This document shows positions 59,940 through 64,000 of a stretch of 64,000 nt of DNA, in pieces; the first letter of the stretch is position 1; the number at the start of each line of letters is the position of its first letter. The position numbers and the translations under genes are program-made. The notes beneath the pieces are model-generated. The model searched no databases and was not told the origin of the DNA. It worked only from the letters and a program-made list of their open reading frames with translations. Source of the stretch: Selaginella moellendorffii (lineage: Eukaryota > Plantae > Lycopodiophyta); contig NW_003314294.1 in assembly GCF_000143415.4 (NCBI RefSeq), positions 305,402 through 369,401 on the forward strand, written 5' to 3'.

Positions 59940-61160
59940 AATTTTCTAATGTGGTCGACAGCAAGCTTGCTGCCTGTCCACGCCTCCTCAGGAGCAGCAA
60001 CTGCCTTCGTGGGGAGGCGATTCTGAAGATAACAAGCCGTCGTCACAGCCTCTGCCCAAAAAGTTGCTGGCACCTTGTTGAATTGAAGCATGGCATTGGC
60101 TGCTTCAATCAGGGTTCGGTTTTTCCTCTCTGATACGCCGTTTTGTAGGGTGCGGTTTGCTTTCGCTGGATTCCATGCATTTGGAGAAACATGGAAAACT
60201 CCATTTGGTCGGCAAAAGTTTTAAACGTATCAAGAGCTTGCGACTTAGTTTTGAAGAAGAATGCAATAGTCTTGCGACTGAGATCATCAATAAACGTGAT
60301 GAAAAATCGAAAACCGCCATATGAGAGCTGGTCCCCAAATATCACTATGAACAAGCTCAAGAATTTTCAGTGGTGCCAGGGGCTCCAGACTTGGGAAAAC
60401 GTGTGTGAATCTGCTTCCCGAGTTGGCATCCCTCGCAAAAGGGTATGCGCGACTGGGTCACCAGCTCAGAATCGATGCCATCAACCAGCTGCTGCTTGCC
60501 TAATTGGGCAATCCGGTTTGGACTTGCGCGTGACTGTCGAGGCAGCAAAAGTGAGGAACTTGTGAGGGCGTTCTTCCACTTCTGCTGAAGGCCCATCCCA
60601 GGTGGTGGTTCAGCAATCCGGAGAAATCCCTGTACCAATGCTGCCAAATCCAGACCATGTAGAAGCTCCTGTCGTGGCTCTACCCTCGGGCTCATCGAGA
60701 CCATGTTAAAGATGTCCCTGAGAGCTTGGTGGGGAGCTCCCAGAAATTCCACACGATGCAGAAGCGATGGCATCTCCTGATTGCAAGCAGTCGTCAAGCG
60801 TTTGATAATTCGTTCCTGAAGAACAGGTTGGTGTCTAAAGCTCCTCCTGCAGGAAATTGGTGCGATCCATGTGGATCCCAACGATAAATCCAGAAAACAC
60901 AAGCTCACAGTAGAAAATCAAGGGATATCGAGTTCCAGGCAAAGAGCACTACGGTTGGAAACTCTCAACAACAAGAAGTTTGACGGCTGTTGCATGTAGA
61001 TTTCTTCCTCAAGGTTGCCGTTCAAGAAGGCGGTTTTAACAAACATTTTATGGATGTGCCAGTTTTTTGAGCTTCACCACCGGTGCAAACGTATCTGTGT
61101 AGTCAAATCCCTATTGCGGTCTATGTCGACGACTCGTTGCTCGTTTGCAACAGCTCCGAA
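59940..61160 (-). mobile_element. Ty1/copia remnant (RT, GAG-pre-integrase, integrase pieces)
   Basis: FAPVVK, VKTAFLNGNLEEEIYMQQP, CEGCQLGKQ..RFP, FITFIDD.SRKT and FWAEAVTTACYLQNRLPT. Confidence 0.8.
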
Positions 61161-61919
61161 TTTCTTGCTGAGATCAAACAGGTATTTTCTTTACCACCCT
61201 CATGGACTAAGTCAGCCCCAGTGACTAGATCCTGATGGCGATGTCTTGACTGGATCTGATGGAGACGAGAGGTAAGAGATGCTTGAAAGCATCTCATACC
61301 TCCATCTCCATAAGATCCAGTAGTAGGCTCCAAGCAAGGTTGAAATGGGGACCCGTACACGCCCCCCCATTCCACTAATCAAGCGATCCTAAGGAAGAAC
61401 CAACGTTGCCATTTGACAACTCCAGCGCCGCACCCGTAAAAAGGGTTACATATGATTGTTTGATGAAAACGATTCACGAGAGTGGCAAACAAAGGCTGCC
61501 TTTGTTAGAACGACGCCGTTCATTCTATCAGCTTTCCTATTTTTTTGCAGGAATTTGCTCCTTTCGAATGTGTGAATACCCATCCTCCCCAGAGGCAATT
61601 CCATGCAACCCAACTTCAGAACCGGTGATGGAACAACATGATGATGATGATGAACCGGTGATGGCGCCCTTCATTTAATTCTTTCTGAGTGTGGTTATGA
61701 TTTTTGATACGGCAGACGAACAACTGATTTTCTCTTACTCCACTTCTTTTTCCTCGCAAATTGCAAGCTCTGTCTGCCCATCTTTTCCTTCGTATTTTTG
61801 GTATTTTGGATGAGGTTTTTCATGTTCAGAATGCGCACCACACAGGCTATGGCAAGCAGTTGAGCTTTGCATTTGACTTTTAGGATTAGTACTGCTTGTG
61901 AAGTTGATCTTTCATCGAC

Positions 61920-62365
61920 CAGAGAAGATCAGACTGTTAATATTAGTTTAGCTTCTCACTTGTTGGAGATGGCTGCTGCCATACTCTCTTTGTCTTCTGG
62001 TTCATTGCAGGGATATGAAAACGTAGCAAAAACATTTCCCTTCACAGAGGACGAGGTACAATTCGTTAGCATTTTCTTGTCTCAGATCTCCAAATCAGGT
62101 TCCTCTCAAAAGATTATAAACCATTGCTTTGCCTGTCGTTTAGCCAAGGTTTTCGCGACAACCTTTGAAAGCTCTTCTCGACCATCAACATGAACTTCCC
62201 TTCTTTCCAAATCGCTCTAGAGCTTGTTTACACAAATTCGCAGATGAACATAAACAAGGCAGGTACAGGCCACTGCCGTCCAAAGTACTGTTGCTCCAAT
62301 TCTCACGTTATTGTTCCTGGTGTAGAAAAAGACGTAGTGGTACCACCATTTTACTGGAAGAATCC
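61920..62365 (+). repeat. Dispersed duplicate of 12180-12582
   Basis: Shared sequence with the 12180-12582 entry. Confidence 0.8.
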
Positions 62366-63299
62366 TTGCCTCTGGCGTGGATTTCATTTCGGTTTGCTGC
62401 CTTCAAGGCTTGGTGGTACCAGCGCTGCGCTGCGAGAGCTCCGTCGGGAAGGCCAGGGCGTGATACTTGGCGTGCTCTACGTACAAATAAACTGTCTTCC
62501 ACACACACTAGCTAGAAAAGGAAGGAGAAAGGTATGAGATACCTTTCTTTCGCGTTACACATAGTTTTCCTCCAGCGCTTTTGCGTGTTTTCTGCGAGGT
62601 CCAAGCTATACATCCAAAACTCATGGTTTGATTTTTCTTCAAATTTTTAGAGTTTTTTGGTATTTTCTATCCATCGTGAGCAGCACCAACAAACGGAACA
62701 GCTCAAAGCGTACCAAAACGAAGGAAGTAAAAAAAAAGGATTTCCGCAACATCAACGTCACTGGAACGTGCAATAGTGTCAGAGAGAAGGAAAAAATTAT
62801 TTAGATTCGCAGTATATTCTATTTCGTACGGTTTCTAGGGCATGTACGACCTCCCGCCAAATTTTCTTTAATCCTTCTAGAGGGAGTCGGAACCATATCA
62901 TGCCACTCGTGCAATGCTATAGGTTGGTTATAGGTCTCCAATTATGTGTTCTTGGGCATAATGCACGAGGGCGCTCGTTTCTCCATGCTCGCGCGCGGCG
63001 CCTTTGCTCGCTATGATCGATTTTTTAGGTCTAGGGCGCTGATCGGGTCGCGGCGTAGTGTAGCTTCTTGCTAGCGAGCGAGGGGAGTGGCAGTCTCAAT
63101 CTCATCATCTTTGATTGATTGATTGATCTTCTTGCCCAGATTTCTCCCAGAATCGACATTTATTTGCTCGAAATATGGCTCTGGGCCCTGGCAGCGCCAA
63201 TCTTTCCAAGAAATCTCCCGAGGTACCGGCATTTACTCGGATCAACAGTCAAATTTCCGGCCATGGACCCCTTTCCTGTTCCGTTATAGAGCGATCGCG

Positions 63300-64000
63300 A
63301 GCAATGGCGCCGGGTAGGATTTCTGGAAGCTGTGATGCGGCTGGAAACACCTAATCCGAGCAGCCGAGCTGCGATTAGGTGCCGGGCAGGCGGTCCTGGC
63401 ATCGATCAACGCAGGTATGGTGTGGATCGTTTCTTTAATTGTAAGACTTGATTATTTCTCTTTCGGGATGGATGAATGAATGAATCTGGAAGCTTGTGTG
63501 TTCTTGCAGGCGGTAGCTCAAGAAAAAAAATTCTAGGCAAGAGTTTTTTTCTTCGCGTGATATGGCAACGAGACAGACGACGAGCCAGCACATTGTGTCA
63601 GGTGCCACTTTTTCTTGTCTTGGTTACCTATCGTCGTTATCACACCCTCTTTTTAGCCTGCTCTTCTTGTTTGATTCTGTGTCTTCTAGGATGGCTAGCT
63701 ATGGAGCTTTCACGAAGGCTCTCACTCACCCACTCTCGTGTGTGTTTGTGCTTGTAGGAATTTTTTGAGATAAAAGGAGAAGAGGCACAGTTGGGTCAGG
63801 GAGATCATGCCCCCGTCGGCATCGAAAGCTCCAAATGCGACCGGAGCAGCGGAGGTAAGATACTCTGCTGCTAAACATTCGCCACTTACACCACCAATGG
63901 ATCGAGCCAAGGGAGGCCAGCAGCAACGTCACAGGCATCCTTTTCTTCTGCCCCAGCAGCAGCAGCAGCAGCAGCGCCAGTCTAGCTTTTCCCTGGGCTG
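63300..64000 (+). other. Probable 5' end of a spliced host gene continuing beyond the window
   Basis: GC-rich leader. GT-AG intron-like segments at 63416-63509 and 63602-63689. Open frame from 63758 to the edge (EFFEIKGEEAQLG...PQQQQQQQRQSSFSLG). Confidence 0.35.

Overview
Repeat-dense eukaryotic (plant) nuclear DNA. It is most likely from the lycophyte Selaginella; this is inferred from the Tcn1-like and Selgy-like Ty3/gypsy elements, the many PLS-class PPR sequences and the very short introns. (1) A young, apparently intact Ty3/gypsy chromovirus (2756-8348) has 387-bp LTRs and an ATTGG TSD. It carries a Tf1-type SELF-PRIMING site instead of a tRNA PBS, and a GGGAAAC -1 frameshift followed by a stem-loop. 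(2) Several Cassandra-type TRIMs have LTRs containing the 5S rRNA internal Pol III promoter. (3) A second, non-chromoviral gypsy family (175-bp LTRs, tRNA-Ala-like PBS, 4-bp TSD, GGGAAAC plus H-type pseudoknot) occurs as one full-length copy and about four progressively decayed copies. (4) There are remnants of Athila/Tat-like, copia, LINE and probable hAT/Harbinger elements, plus solo LTRs. (5) A host-gene cassette has been repeatedly duplicated and shredded: a PLS-type PPR gene, a Pro/Ser-rich membrane-anchored gene, an F-box gene and a papain-like protease. One PPR fragment pair is inverted. The intact host-like ORFs are an F-box gene (46234-47190), an intronless AT-rich pepsin-family aspartic protease (53576-54568) and possibly a gene starting at the right edge. 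Two assembly gaps (N runs) are present. All alignments were done by eye.
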